From Rhodocyclales bacterium (GTDB taxonomy: Bacteria; Pseudomonadota; Gammaproteobacteria; Burkholderiales; Rhodocyclaceae): a DNA stretch of 46,501 nt. This document shows, one piece after another, positions 34,329 through 43,766 of this stretch. The translations under genes were made by a program, and so were the position numbers. The stretch lies in NCBI GenBank assembly GCA_016214175.1, contig JACRPB010000126.1:1-46501 (forward strand), written 5' to 3'. The notes below the pieces were generated by a model. That model did not search any database. It was not told the DNA's origin and saw nothing but the letters and a program-made list of their open reading frames with translations. Every line of letters begins with the position of its first letter. Within the stretch, counting starts at the first letter, position 1.

Positions 34329-35483
34329 ATGACGCAAATCTGCTACCAGGTCAACCTCCAGCCGGGCTGGGGCGGCGGCGAAGTCTATACGGCTTTCTTC
34401 AGTCGCGCCCTGGCAGAGTTCGGCGTTCGCAGCACATTGTTCGTGGCGGCGTCGGCCGTCGCGGCCTGGCGAACGCGATTGCCGAGCGCATGCGAAATTA
34501 TTGGCGTGGCGAATGCGGCCGACCTCGGGACGGCGCTGCGGCGACACATCCCGGCCGACAGCCGGTGCTGGCCGGCGCCTGCGGCCCAAACAGCAGCGCT
34601 ACGCGCCGCCGGACATCTATTGACCTGCATCGCGCACATGCCGCTCTACGGACGCGATCCGGCGTCGCTGAGCTCTTACGATCTCGTGATTCCGGTTTCC
34701 GGCCATGTCCTCGCCAGCCTCCGCGCCGGGGATATCGCCAATGCCTACGCCGAGCCTCTGTACGGAATCGCCGATACGGCGAAGCGCGGCGGCGACGGGG
34801 TCTTGCGGCGACGTTCGGTATACGACTGGGATCGGCGCAAGGTCCGCGATCGACTACTCGGTTTCCTGGAACCGGCGCTGGAGCTATGGCGGCCGCAATC
34901 GCCCTTCGCGCGCGGTGCAGGGATCGCTTTGGGTATCGTTTCGCGCCTGACGCCGATCAAGCAGTTTCCGCTGCTGTTTCGCCACCTCGCCCCGGTACTG
35001 GCCCGGCACCCGCGCTTCGAGCTCCACGTCTTCGGTTCCGGCGGCTATGCGTCGGTGCGCGACCTGCGTCGGGCACTGGCGCCGCTACGCGGGCGTGCGC
35101 GCTTCTGGGGCCAGCAGCATGACGTGGTCTCCGTCTATCGCCAGCTCGACTACCTGCTCACCGGCCTGCCGGAAAAGGAGGCGCTGGGCCTCAACGTCAT
35201 CGAGGCCCAGGCCTGCGGCCTGCCGGTGCTGGCGGTGGCTGCTCCGCCGTTCACCGAGACCGTCGCGAACGAGGTCACGGGCCTGTTTTACGCCGATCCG
35301 CGCGGCGCCGGCACCGGCAGTTTCGAAGCGCTGCTGTGCCGTCTCGAAGCCGCGCCGTTCCATATCGCTGCCGACGCCGGTGCCGCGCACATGGCGCGCT
35401 TTTCCGCGGCGGCCTTCGCCGCGCGGGTCGCGCGGCTGTGCGATGTTGTTAGAATTCGCCTCGAAGGCGAGCTTGCGGCATAA
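34329..35483 (+). CDS. GT4-like glycosyltransferase, paralog B
   Basis: The protein has '[24 protein letters not shown]', '[16 protein letters not shown]' and '[22 protein letters not shown]'. It is collinear with the product of 23432..24604. Confidence 0.7.
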   Translation: MTQICYQVNLQPGWGGGEVYTAFFSRALAEFGVRSTLFVAASAVAAWRTRLPSACEIIGVANAADLGTALRRHIPADSRCWPAPAAQTAALRAAGHLLTCIAHMPLYGRDPASLSSYDLVIPVSGHVLASLRAGDIANAYAEPLYGIADTAKRGGDGVLRRRSVYDWDRRKVRDRLLGFLEPALELWRPQSPFARGAGIALGIVSRLTPIKQFPLLFRHLAPVLARHPRFELHVFGSGGYASVRDLRRALAPLRGRARFWGQQHDVVSVYRQLDYLLTGLPEKEALGLNVIEAQACGLPVLAVAAPPFTETVANEVTGLFYADPRGAGTGSFEALLCRLEAAPFHIAADAGAAHMARFSAAAFAARVARLCDVVRIRLEGELAA

Positions 35484-35551
35484 GACCGGCAATCGACGTT
35501 TCGCCGCGGCGTCAACGCTGCCAATTTATCGTATTCCCGGACCCGATCGCC

Positions 35552-36115
35552 GTGCGCTTCTTCAAGACCCTGCTATTTTCGCTACGCTGGCGGCTGGCAA
35601 ACGGCAGCCGCATATCCACGGGCGCCTACCTCAAGGGGCATGAGCGCATCCGCCTTGGCCGCAAGTGCAAGATCCACGACGCGGCCTCGCTAGACGCGAC
35701 GCGCGGCGCGCTGATCGATCTGGGCGATCAGGTGACCATCAACCGCTACGCCTATCTGCAGGGCGACCGCGGCGGCATCCGCCTCGGCAACCGGGTCGAG
35801 ATCAACAACTTCACCATCGTCAACGGTACCGGCGGCGTGGTGGTGGGCGACGATACCCTGATCGGCCCCGGCGTACGTCTGATTTCCTACCAGCACGGCA
35901 TTGCGGCCGGAGCGTCGATCCGCTCGCAGCCGACGATCGCCGAGCCGATCCGCGTCGGTAGCGGCGTCTGGATCGGTGCCAACGCCGTGGTGCTGGCCGG
36001 CGTTACGATCGGCGACGGTGCCGTCATCGGCGCCGGTGCCGTGGTCACGCGCGACGTTGCCGCCGACGCGGTGGTCGCCGGCGTGCCGGCGCGCGTCATC
36101 AAGAACCGGGCATGA
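35552..36115 (+). CDS. Left-handed beta-helix (hexapeptide-repeat) acetyltransferase
   Basis: GTG start. The hexapeptide run is '[35 protein letters not shown]...GVPARVI'. Confidence 0.75.
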   Translation: MRFFKTLLFSLRWRLANGSRISTGAYLKGHERIRLGRKCKIHDAASLDATRGALIDLGDQVTINRYAYLQGDRGGIRLGNRVEINNFTIVNGTGGVVVGDDTLIGPGVRLISYQHGIAAGASIRSQPTIAEPIRVGSGVWIGANAVVLAGVTIGDGAVIGAGAVVTRDVAADAVVAGVPARVIKNRA

Positions 36116-36137
36116 GGCCGCGCCAGGACGGGACGGC

Positions 36138-37145
36138 ATGACTGCGCGCGCCGTTCTCGTCATTCGCCGCGACAACATCGGCGATCTGGTGTGCACCACG
36201 CCGTTGCTGGCGGCGTTGCGCCGCCAGTTGCCCCAGGCGCGCATTGCCGCCTTGGTGACGCGCTACAACGCTGCGGTGCTGGCCGGCAATCCCGACGTCG
36301 ACGCGGTGTACTCGTATACCAAGGGCAAACACCGCGCGCCCGGCGAGTCGGTCTTCGCCCTCTATACCGATCGCCTGCGCACGATACTCGCGCTGCGCCG
36401 CCAGCGCTTCGACTGGGTCCTGTTGCCCGGCGGTGCGCAGCCCAGCGCCCTGCGCTTCGCCAGTTGGATCGGCGGCAGGCGTCTGCTGGTGCGCGGCGGC
36501 GAAGACGACGGTGCCGGTCCGCACGAAGTGGAGCAGACCTGCCACTTGTTGGTGCGCATGGGGCTGCGCTACGAGACGCCGGCCGTGCGTGTGATGCCGA
36601 ACGCGGCGGAACTCGCCGCCATCGATGCGCTGCTCGCCGGCGCATTGCCGCAGCGCCCGCGCCGTCTCGTCGGCCTGCACATCAGCGCGCGCAAGCCGTC
36701 GCAGCGGTGGCCGGTGGAGCGTTTCACGACGACGATGCGGCGACTGCGGCAAAGCGAGGACGTGGCCTTCATGCTGCTGTGGGCGCCGGGGTCCGCCGAC
36801 AATCCGCAGCATCCGGGCGACGACGACAAGGCGGCCGCGATTCTGGCGGCTGCGGCCGGCATTCCCGTCGTGCCGGTGGTAACGGCGCGGCTGGAACAGC
36901 TTGTCGCCGCCGTTGCCCGCTGCGACGCCTTCATCTGCGGGGATGGCGGCGCCATGCACCTCGCCGCCGGCTTGGGCAAACCGACGGTTGCGCTGTTCGG
37001 CCAGTCCGGGCCGGAACGCTGGCGACCGTGGGGAGTGCCGCAAGTCGTACTGCAAGAGCCGAGCCGGGACGTCGGCGACATCGACGCCGATGAGGCGGTG
37101 GCGGCGTTCCTGCGGCTGCCGGTGGCGGCTGCGCCGAACCGATAG
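36138..37145 (+). CDS. GT9 (heptosyltransferase-family) glycosyltransferase
   Basis: The protein has 'VLVIRRDNIGDLVCTTPLLAAL', 'KPSQRWPVERF' and 'FICGDGGAMHLAAGLGKPTVALFG'. Confidence 0.8.
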   Translation: MTARAVLVIRRDNIGDLVCTTPLLAALRRQLPQARIAALVTRYNAAVLAGNPDVDAVYSYTKGKHRAPGESVFALYTDRLRTILALRRQRFDWVLLPGGAQPSALRFASWIGGRRLLVRGGEDDGAGPHEVEQTCHLLVRMGLRYETPAVRVMPNAAELAAIDALLAGALPQRPRRLVGLHISARKPSQRWPVERFTTTMRRLRQSEDVAFMLLWAPGSADNPQHPGDDDKAAAILAAAAGIPVVPVVTARLEQLVAAVARCDAFICGDGGAMHLAAGLGKPTVALFGQSGPERWRPWGVPQVVLQEPSRDVGDIDADEAVAAFLRLPVAAAPNR

Positions 37146-37163
37146 GGCCGGCCGCCGGCGGAG

Positions 37164-37937
37164 TCAGACCTTGACGAGTTGGCGGTTGCGCGCGTGGAAA
37201 TTGCAGAGCGGGCCGTTCACGGATTTGCGGATGCCGATCTCGAACCACTGCGACAGATAGGCGAGCAACTCGAAATCGTTTTCGCCGTGAAGCTCGCCGG
37301 CGATCCACGAGACCTTGGCGAGAACCTCGGTCGGCAGGGCCGTGAGGATGACGAATTCGGCGCCCTCGGTATCGACCTTGATGAGGTCTGGCGCTTCCAA
37401 CCCCAGTTCATTGAGCATGCTGGAAAAGGAACGGCAGGCAACCTGGATCCTGCCGCAGCTCGCGTCGGCGCCGCGCTGGTACTGCGAGAAACCGCCGAAA
37501 TTGTCGCTGTTCGGCGATTCGATGAGTTCCAGCTTGCCGTCTTGTGCCCCGAGCGCGACGTTGAACGCCTGGATATTCGGATAGGGCGCGATGTTGCGCG
37601 TCAGCACCTCGAAGTTCGCCGGCACCGGCTCGAAGCTGAAGATGCGGGCTTCCGGAAACGTGCGTGCGAAGTAGAGCGCCGCCGCGCCGATGTTGCCGCC
37701 GATGTCGAAGACGGTGCGCGGCCGGATCGGCTTGGGAATCCAATACTCAGCCTTGCGCCCGCCCTTGAGGATGATGCTGTTGAGCACGTGCGGATCGCTG
37801 GTGCCCGGGCGATAGTAGACGTCGTGATCGTTCCAGCGAATGCAGTTCATGCCTTCTTCCGCAACGCGCTGCTGGTGACGGGCAAACTGTAGCGATCCGG
37901 AGCGGAGCCAAAGTTTCAGTTCGTTCTTGGTGAGCAT
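37164..37937 (-). CDS. FkbM-family methyltransferase
   Basis: 257 aa with 'VFDIGGNIGAAALYF', 'IFSFEPVPANFE' and 'PDLIKVDTEGAEFVIL'. An RBS GGAG precedes the ATG. It is convergent with the GT9 gene across an 18-nt gap. Confidence 0.82.
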   Translation of the reverse strand: MLTKNELKLWLRSGSLQFARHQQRVAEEGMNCIRWNDHDVYYRPGTSDPHVLNSIILKGGRKAEYWIPKPIRPRTVFDIGGNIGAAALYFARTFPEARIFSFEPVPANFEVLTRNIAPYPNIQAFNVALGAQDGKLELIESPNSDNFGGFSQYQRGADASCGRIQVACRSFSSMLNELGLEAPDLIKVDTEGAEFVILTALPTEVLAKVSWIAGELHGENDFELLAYLSQWFEIGIRKSVNGPLCNFHARNRQLVKV

Positions 37938-38010
37938 TGCGATTCCTACTCCATGACGTCGCGAACACGATTCCGCCCGGCTCGGCTACGGTATCGTCGA
38001 AAGGGCGGCC

Positions 38011-38019
38011 ATTCTAGCA
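38011..38019 (-). promoter_or_regulatory. Possible extended -10 promoter (TGcTAGAAT on the minus strand) for the FkbM gene
   Basis: The reverse complement of 38011..38019 reads tgctagaat. It lies about 70 nt upstream of the FkbM start, in the polA-FkbM gap. No convincing -35 element was found. Confidence 0.25.
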
Positions 38020-38042
38020 ACAGCCGTGCGGGCAAAGCCGGA

Positions 38043-40817
38043 TCAATGCGCCTCGTCCCAGTTGCCGCCGACGCCCACATCCACCAGCAGCGGTACCGCC
38101 AGTTTCGCCACGCCGCCCATCAGCTTCGGCAGCGCTTCGCGCACGGTGGCGAGTTCCGCCTCCGGCACTTCCAGCACCAGTTCGTCGTGCACCTGGAGAA
38201 TTAGCTTGGTGCCGAGTTGTTTCTCGTCCAGCCAGCCCTGCACCGCGATCATCGCCAGCTTGATGAGGTCGGCGGCGGTGCCCTGCATCGGCGCATTGAT
38301 GGCGGCGCGCTCGGCGCCCTGGCGGCGGCCGACGTTGCCGGACTTGATTTCCGGCAACCACAGGCGGCGGCCGAAGGCGGTTTCGACGTAGCCCTTGTCG
38401 CGCGCCAAGGCGCGCGTTGCGTCCATGTAGCGGGCGACGCCCGGATAGCGGGCGAAATAGCGGTCCATGTAGGCTTGCGCCGCGCCGCGTTCGAGGCCGA
38501 GTTCGCGCGCGAGGCCGAAGGCGCTCATGCCGTAGATGAGACCGAAGTTGATGACCTTGGCGGCGCGGCGCTGGTCGGGGCCGACTTCGAGCGGCGTGAC
38601 GCCGAAAATCTCCGCCGCCGTGGCGCGATGCACGTCCTCGCCGCGGCCGAAGGCTTCGAGCAGGCGGGCATCGGCGGAGAGATGGGCCATGATGCGCAGC
38701 TCGATCTGCGAATAGTCGGCCGAGACCAGTTGCTGGCCGGCCGGAGCGATGAAGGCCGAGCGGATGCGCCGGCCTTCGGCGGTGCGCACGGGGATGTTCT
38801 GCAGGTTGGGATCGGAGCTGGCGAGGCGGCCGGTGACGGCCACGGCCTGGGAGAAGCTGGTATGGACGCGGCCGGTGGCCGGATTGACCATGCGCGGCAG
38901 CTTGTCGGTGTAGGTGTTCTTGAGCTTGGCGAGGGCGCGGTAGTCGAGGATCTTGCGCGGCAGCGGATAGTCGAGGGCGAGTTGTTCGAGGACTTCCTCG
39001 TCGGTCGAGGGCGCCTTGGTCGGCGTGCGCTTGACCACCGGCAGGGCCATGCGCTCGAAGAGGATTTCGGCGAGCTGCTTCGGCGAGTTGAGGTTGAAGG
39101 GCTGGCCGGCGATGGCGTGGGCTTCGCCCTCCAGCGCCATCAGCTTGCGCCCGAGTTCTTCGCTCTGTTGCGCCAGCGCGAAGACGTCGATGAGGACGCC
39201 GTTCCGTTCCATGCGGTAGAGGATTTCGGCGACCGGCAGTTCGATGTCGCGGTAGAGGCGGTCGAGCTTTTCTTCGGCCGCCAGTTGCGGCGCCAGGACC
39301 GCATGCACGCGCAGCGTGATGTCGGCGTCCTCGGCTGCGTACTCGCCGGCGCGTTCGACCGGCACTTCGGCGAAGGAAATGCGCGACGCGCCCTTGCCGG
39401 TGACCTCGTCGTAGGCGATGGTTGCCAGGCCGCAATGGCGTGCGGCCAGCGCGCCGAGATCGTGGGCCTTGTCGGATTCGAGGACGTAGGATTCGAGCAG
39501 GGTGTCTTCCGCAATGCCGCGCAGTTCGATGCCGTGATTCTTGAAGACGTGGCGGTCGTACTTGAGGTGCTGGCCGAGCTTCTTGTGCGTTTCCGCTTCG
39601 AGCCAGGGCGTGAGCCGGGCGAGCGCTTCGGCCAGCGGCAACTGGTCGGGGGCGCCGGCATAGCGGTGGCCGAGCGGCAGGTAGGCGGCGGCGCCTTGAA
39701 CCGTGGCGAAGGAAATGCCGACGAGTTGCGCCTGCATCGGTTCGAGGGCGGTGGTTTCGGTGTCGAGGGCGGTCAGCGGCGCGGCCTCCAGCTTCGCCAG
39801 CCAAGCGTCGAACTGCGCCCAGGTGAGCAGGGTTTCGTAGCCGCCGCGATGGTCGTCGGTCAGTGGCGAAATAGGGGACAGACCACGGTTTTCTTGGTGA
39901 GAGGCAGAACCGGGCGGCGACGCCAGGGAAAACCGTGGTCTGTCCCCTATTTCACTGTCCCCTATTTCAGGCTTGTCGCCTCGCTCAAGCTCCTTCAGCC
40001 ACTGCTTGAATTCGAGGCGGGCGAACAGTTGGGCGAGTTGGACGTTGTCGTGCACGGTCGGCGCCAGATCGGCGATCGTCACCGGCAGTTCGAGGTCGCA
40101 GGCGACGGTGACGAGTTTGCGGCCCAGGGGCAGGAAGTCGAGATGCTTGCGCAGATTCTCGTCGACCACGCCGCCGATCTCGGCGGCATGACCGACGACG
40201 CCGTCGAGCGAGCCGTACTGGGCGAGCCATTTGACGGCCGTCTTCGGGCCGACTTTCTCGACGCCGGGCACGTTGTCGACGGCATCGCCCATCAGCGTCA
40301 GGTAATCGACGATGCGCTCGGGGGCGACGCCGAACTTGGCCAGTACGCCGGCTTCGTCGAGGGTTTCGTTGCTCATGGTGTTGACCAGCCGCACCAAGGG
40401 GTTCACGAGCTGCGCCAGGTCTTTGTCGCCGGTGGAAATCAGCGTCGGGATGCCTTGCGCTGCGGCCATGCGGGCCAGGGTGCCGATGACGTCGTCGGCC
40501 TCGACGCCGTCCATCATGATCAGCGGCCAGCCCAGCGCGCGGATGCAGTCGTGCAGCGGCGCGATCTGGGCGGCGAGGTCGTCCGGCATGGGCGGCCGCT
40601 GCTCCTTGTAGGCGGGATACCATGCGTCGCGGAAGGTCTTGCCTTTGGCGTCGAAGACCACGGCGCGATAGTCCGCCTTGTGGTCGGCTTCGAGGCGCCG
40701 TAGCATACTGATGACGCCGTAGATGGCCCCGGTGGCTTCGCCGGCCCTGTTTTTCAGGTCGGGCAGGGCATGGAAGGCGCGATAGAGGTAGGAAGACCCG
40801 TCAACGAGCAGAAGCAT
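38043..40817 (-). CDS. polA: DNA polymerase I
   Basis: 924 aa. The 5' nuclease N-terminus is 'LLLVDGSSYLYRAFHALP', the 3'-5' exonuclease has 'ALDTETT', and the polymerase motifs are 'DYSQIELRIMAH' and 'QVHDELVLE'. Confidence 0.95.
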   Translation of the reverse strand: MLLLVDGSSYLYRAFHALPDLKNRAGEATGAIYGVISMLRRLEADHKADYRAVVFDAKGKTFRDAWYPAYKEQRPPMPDDLAAQIAPLHDCIRALGWPLIMMDGVEADDVIGTLARMAAAQGIPTLISTGDKDLAQLVNPLVRLVNTMSNETLDEAGVLAKFGVAPERIVDYLTLMGDAVDNVPGVEKVGPKTAVKWLAQYGSLDGVVGHAAEIGGVVDENLRKHLDFLPLGRKLVTVACDLELPVTIADLAPTVHDNVQLAQLFARLEFKQWLKELERGDKPEIGDSEIGDRPRFSLASPPGSASHQENRGLSPISPLTDDHRGGYETLLTWAQFDAWLAKLEAAPLTALDTETTALEPMQAQLVGISFATVQGAAAYLPLGHRYAGAPDQLPLAEALARLTPWLEAETHKKLGQHLKYDRHVFKNHGIELRGIAEDTLLESYVLESDKAHDLGALAARHCGLATIAYDEVTGKGASRISFAEVPVERAGEYAAEDADITLRVHAVLAPQLAAEEKLDRLYRDIELPVAEILYRMERNGVLIDVFALAQQSEELGRKLMALEGEAHAIAGQPFNLNSPKQLAEILFERMALPVVKRTPTKAPSTDEEVLEQLALDYPLPRKILDYRALAKLKNTYTDKLPRMVNPATGRVHTSFSQAVAVTGRLASSDPNLQNIPVRTAEGRRIRSAFIAPAGQQLVSADYSQIELRIMAHLSADARLLEAFGRGEDVHRATAAEIFGVTPLEVGPDQRRAAKVINFGLIYGMSAFGLARELGLERGAAQAYMDRYFARYPGVARYMDATRALARDKGYVETAFGRRLWLPEIKSGNVGRRQGAERAAINAPMQGTAADLIKLAMIAVQGWLDEKQLGTKLILQVHDELVLEVPEAELATVREALPKLMGGVAKLAVPLLVDVGVGGNWDEAH
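39869..39969. repeat. Palindromic MITE/REP-like element inside polA: perfect 26-bp inverted repeat, 34-nt spacer, plus a tandem copy of the terminal 14 nt
   Basis: gaaataggggacagaccacggttttc (39869..39894) is the exact reverse complement of gaaaaccgtggtctgtcccctatttc (39929..39954). ctgtcccctatttc occurs at 39941..39954 and again at 39956..39969. The element is translated in-frame as 'EIGDSEIGDRPRFSLASPPGSASHQENRGLSPIS'. Confidence 0.85.
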
Positions 40818-40832
40818 GGATATGGAGAAAGA

Positions 40833-41552
40833 ATGAGCGCAAAGGACAAGCTGCCCGACCCGTTGCTGGCGCAGCCTGCGAGCACGGCCCGCGAAGCGTG
40901 GCGCGTGTTCGGCATTATGTCAGAGTTCGTCGAGGCGACTGAGCGCCTCAACACCATCCGCCCGGCGGTGAGCATCTTCGGCAGTGCCCGCATCGAGCCC
41001 GGTTCCGGGGTCTACCAGTTGACCGAGCGCATCGCGCGCCTGCTGTCCGACGCCGGCTTCGCCGTCATCTCGGGCGGCGGGCCGGGCGTGATGGAGGCGG
41101 CCAACAAGGGCGCCTTCGAAGGCAAGAGCCCGTCGATCGGCCTCAACATCCAGTTGCCGATGGAACAGAAGGCCAACCCCTACCAGGACATCTCGCAGAG
41201 CTTCCGCCATTTCTTCGCGCGCAAGTACATGTTCGTGCGCTTCGCCACGGCCTATGTCGTGATGCCCGGCGGCTTCGGCACGCTCGACGAACTGCTGGAG
41301 GCGCTGACCCTGATCCAGACCGGCAAGACGCCGCGCATTCCGCTGATTCTGGTCGGCAGCGAGTTCTGGGCCGGCATGCTCGACTGGTTCCGCGACCGGT
41401 TGGTGGCCGAGAAGCTGATCAATCCCGAGGACATGGACCTGATTACGGTCATCGACGATCCGGAATGCGTCGTTGCGTCGATCTTCCAGTATTACGAGAC
41501 GCGCGGCTTCGGTCCGCTGCCCGACGAGCACGAGTTGCTGCTCAACTTGTGA
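40833..41552 (+). CDS. LOG-family (TIGR00730-type) nucleotide phosphoribohydrolase
   Basis: The ATG at 40833 follows an RBS GGAGAAAGA. The protein has 'VSIFGSARI', 'ISGGGPGVMEAANKGA' and 'PGGFGTLDELLEALTLIQTGK'. Confidence 0.85.
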   Translation: MSAKDKLPDPLLAQPASTAREAWRVFGIMSEFVEATERLNTIRPAVSIFGSARIEPGSGVYQLTERIARLLSDAGFAVISGGGPGVMEAANKGAFEGKSPSIGLNIQLPMEQKANPYQDISQSFRHFFARKYMFVRFATAYVVMPGGFGTLDELLEALTLIQTGKTPRIPLILVGSEFWAGMLDWFRDRLVAEKLINPEDMDLITVIDDPECVVASIFQYYETRGFGPLPDEHELLLNL

Positions 41553-41619
41553 TTCCATGTGGGTGCGCGGAAAGCGCGGCAGACTGCTAGAATCGAGCCG
41601 TCTTCCCAAGGATTCCGCC

Positions 41620-41952
41620 ATGCGCCGCCTGCTTTCCGTCCTTTTCCTGCTCGCCGCCCTGCCGGTTGCGGCGCAGAACCGTCCGGCCGACTTGAAGCCC
41701 CTGCCCGACGTGCCGCCGCCGCCCCCCGGCGTGTTCGATGCGTCGTTGGAACCGCAGGTCACCATCGTCAAGCGCGGCGAGAACAAGGAAGAGGAATTCC
41801 GGGTCAACGGCAAGCTTTACATGATCAAGGTGACGCCGCCCCACGGCACGCCCTATTTCCTGCTCGATCCCGACGGCCACGGCACATGGGAACGTAAGGA
41901 CCCCCTCGACACGGGCTTGCGCGTGCCGATGTGGGTCATCGGCAATTTCTGA
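41620..41952 (+). CDS. Secreted DUF2782-like small protein
   Basis: 110 aa. The signal peptide is 'MRRLLSVLFLLAALPVAAQ', followed by 'EPQVTIVKRGENKEEEFRVNGKLYMIKVTP'. Confidence 0.65.
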   Translation: MRRLLSVLFLLAALPVAAQNRPADLKPLPDVPPPPPGVFDASLEPQVTIVKRGENKEEEFRVNGKLYMIKVTPPHGTPYFLLDPDGHGTWERKDPLDTGLRVPMWVIGNF

Positions 41953-41971
41953 TACGGCAGATCCGGCGCGT

Positions 41972-42733
41972 ATGCAGGCCCGCCTCTTGCCGGCACGACG
42001 CGGAGCCTTCTGGCTCCTTGCCGGCTTCCATCTCTTCCGCCGCAATCCGCCGCTGATTTCGGCGCTGACCCTGACTTACCTGCTGCTGGTGCAGGTCAGC
42101 GTCAGGCTGCTGCCGGGGCTCGGCCCCTTTCTGCTGCCGCTGGCCTTGCCGGCGATGGTGCTGATCGTCGCTAACGGTGCACGCGTCACCGACCAGGGCA
42201 ACCGCATGCTGCCCGGCGCGTTGCTCCACGGCGTCAAGGGCAACGGCGTCGCCATGCTGCGACTGGGCGGCCTGCACTTGCTCGGCGCCTTCATTTTCAT
42301 CGGCTTCGTGCTGCTGCTCGAAGGCAGCGGCATCCGCTTCGCGGATTTCGAGAAGGCCGACGACCCGGAAATCCTCTGGGCGCTCCTGAACCTGCTGGTG
42401 CTGGCCCTGCCTTTCCTGATGGCCTATTTGTTCGCCCCCTATCTGACCGGCTGGGACGGCGTGCCGGCCGGCAAATCGCTGTTCTTCAGCTTTGTCGCCA
42501 GCGCGCGCAACTGGCGCGCCCTGCTCGCCTACCTCGGCGCCATCGCCGTCGTCGCCGTCGGGCTGCCCGGTCTGGTGCTGGTGCTGGCGGGCCTGTTCTC
42601 GGAGGGCGCCTCCCAGGTGGCCCAGGTCGTCTTGCGCATGCTGATGGTTTTCCTGTTGGCGCCGGTGCTGACCGCCAGCCTGTACGTCGGCTACCGCGAC
42701 ATCTTCCATCCGCCGATGGACGAGCATGCCTGA
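41972..42733 (+). CDS. Conserved multi-TM membrane protein (BPSS1780-like)
   Basis: 253 aa. The N-terminus is 'LPARRGAFWLLAGFHLFRRNP' and several hydrophobic helices follow. GC3-rich codon usage supports coding. Confidence 0.6.
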   Translation: MQARLLPARRGAFWLLAGFHLFRRNPPLISALTLTYLLLVQVSVRLLPGLGPFLLPLALPAMVLIVANGARVTDQGNRMLPGALLHGVKGNGVAMLRLGGLHLLGAFIFIGFVLLLEGSGIRFADFEKADDPEILWALLNLLVLALPFLMAYLFAPYLTGWDGVPAGKSLFFSFVASARNWRALLAYLGAIAVVAVGLPGLVLVLAGLFSEGASQVAQVVLRMLMVFLLAPVLTASLYVGYRDIFHPPMDEHA

Positions 42734-43397
42734 GCCGGCGGCGCCCCTCGGGGTTCTCGGCGGCACGTTCGATCCGGTCCATCGCGCCCATCTTCATCTC
42801 GCCCGTGCCGCCCTCAGGCATCTGGGGCTGGCCGAAGTGTTGTGGATTCCGGCCGGGCAGCCTTCCCACCGCGAGGCGCCGTTCGCCGCGGCGGCGCAGC
42901 GGCTGGAAATGGTGCGCCTGGCGACGGCCGGCGAGCCGCGTTTCCGCGTCGATGCCGCCGAGGCGCTGGCCGATCGGCCGAGCTTTACGGTGCCGACGCT
43001 GGAACGTCTGCGCGCCAGCCACGGCGCAAATCGGTCGCTGGTGCTGTTGATGGGTGCGGACGCCTTTCTCGGCCTCGCCTCGTGGTTCCGCTGGCAAGAC
43101 CTCTTTGCGTTAGCGCATGTCGCCGTGGCCTATCGTCCGGGCGCCGACCTGCAAGCGGAGAGCATGCATCCGCAACTCGCGGAGGTGTTTCGCCGCCGCT
43201 GGCGCGACGACGCTGCGGCGTTCGCCGAAGGGGCGGAGGGCGCCATCGCCGGCTTCGCCATCGAACCGGTCGAGCCGCCGGATCTTTCGGCGACGGCGGT
43301 ACGCGCGCTGCTGCGCTCGGGCGGGCCGTTGCCGGCCGATTTGCTGCCCGCCGCCGTTCTCGACTATATTCGGCGCAACCATCTTTATTCGGCCTGA
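42726..43397 (+). CDS. nadD: Nicotinate-nucleotide adenylyltransferase
   Basis: The protein has '[13 protein letters not shown]' (the (H/T)xGH-type motif) and 'SATAVRALL'. It overlaps the upstream gene by 8 nt. Confidence 0.88.
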   Translation: MPEPAAPLGVLGGTFDPVHRAHLHLARAALRHLGLAEVLWIPAGQPSHREAPFAAAAQRLEMVRLATAGEPRFRVDAAEALADRPSFTVPTLERLRASHGANRSLVLLMGADAFLGLASWFRWQDLFALAHVAVAYRPGADLQAESMHPQLAEVFRRRWRDDAAAFAEGAEGAIAGFAIEPVEPPDLSATAVRALLRSGGPLPADLLPAAVLDYIRRNHLYSA

Positions 43398-43400
43398 TCC

Positions 43401-43766
43401 ATGGACGTCCGCAAACTGCAAAAAATCTCCGTCGCCGCCCTCGAAGACATCAAGGGCGAAGACATCGAAGTCATCAACACCACCAAGCTGACGTCGCTCT
43501 TCGACCGCATCATCGTCGTCAGCGGCAACTCCAACCGCCACGTCAAGTCCCTGGCGCGCAACGTCCAGGACAAGGTCCGCGAAGCCGGCGGCGAGGTCTT
43601 TGGCGTCGAGGGCGAGGACTCCGGCGAATGGGTGCTGGTCGACCTCGGCGGCATCGTCGTCCATGTCATGCAGCCGGCGGTGCGCAGCTATTACAACCTG
43701 GAAGAACTCTGGCAGACCAAACCCAAGCGCGCCGCCAAAGCCGAGGCGGCCGGCGCGAAAGAGTGA
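43401..43766 (+). CDS. rsfS: Ribosome silencing factor RsfS (iojap family)
   Basis: 121 aa with '[14 protein letters not shown]...[19 protein letters not shown]...[16 protein letters not shown]...R.YYNLEELW'. Confidence 0.9.
   Translation: MDVRKLQKISVAALEDIKGEDIEVINTTKLTSLFDRIIVVSGNSNRHVKSLARNVQDKVREAGGEVFGVEGEDSGEWVLVDLGGIVVHVMQPAVRSYYNLEELWQTKPKRAAKAEAAGAKE

Noticed and set aside
37146-37163. The GC-rich ggccggccgccggcgg between the convergent GT9 and FkbM genes as a bidirectional terminator
   Set aside because: The possible stem is only about 5 bp, with essentially no loop and no flanking T/A runs.
39941-39969. A tandem 14-nt repeat as a possible CRISPR or VNTR
   Set aside because: There are only two copies, they lie inside polA, and they form part of the palindromic element's terminus. 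This is not an array.
38217-40703. 828-aa plus-strand ORF opposite polA (and 44843..46261 opposite rng)
   Set aside because: These are shadow ORFs of unmistakable housekeeping genes.
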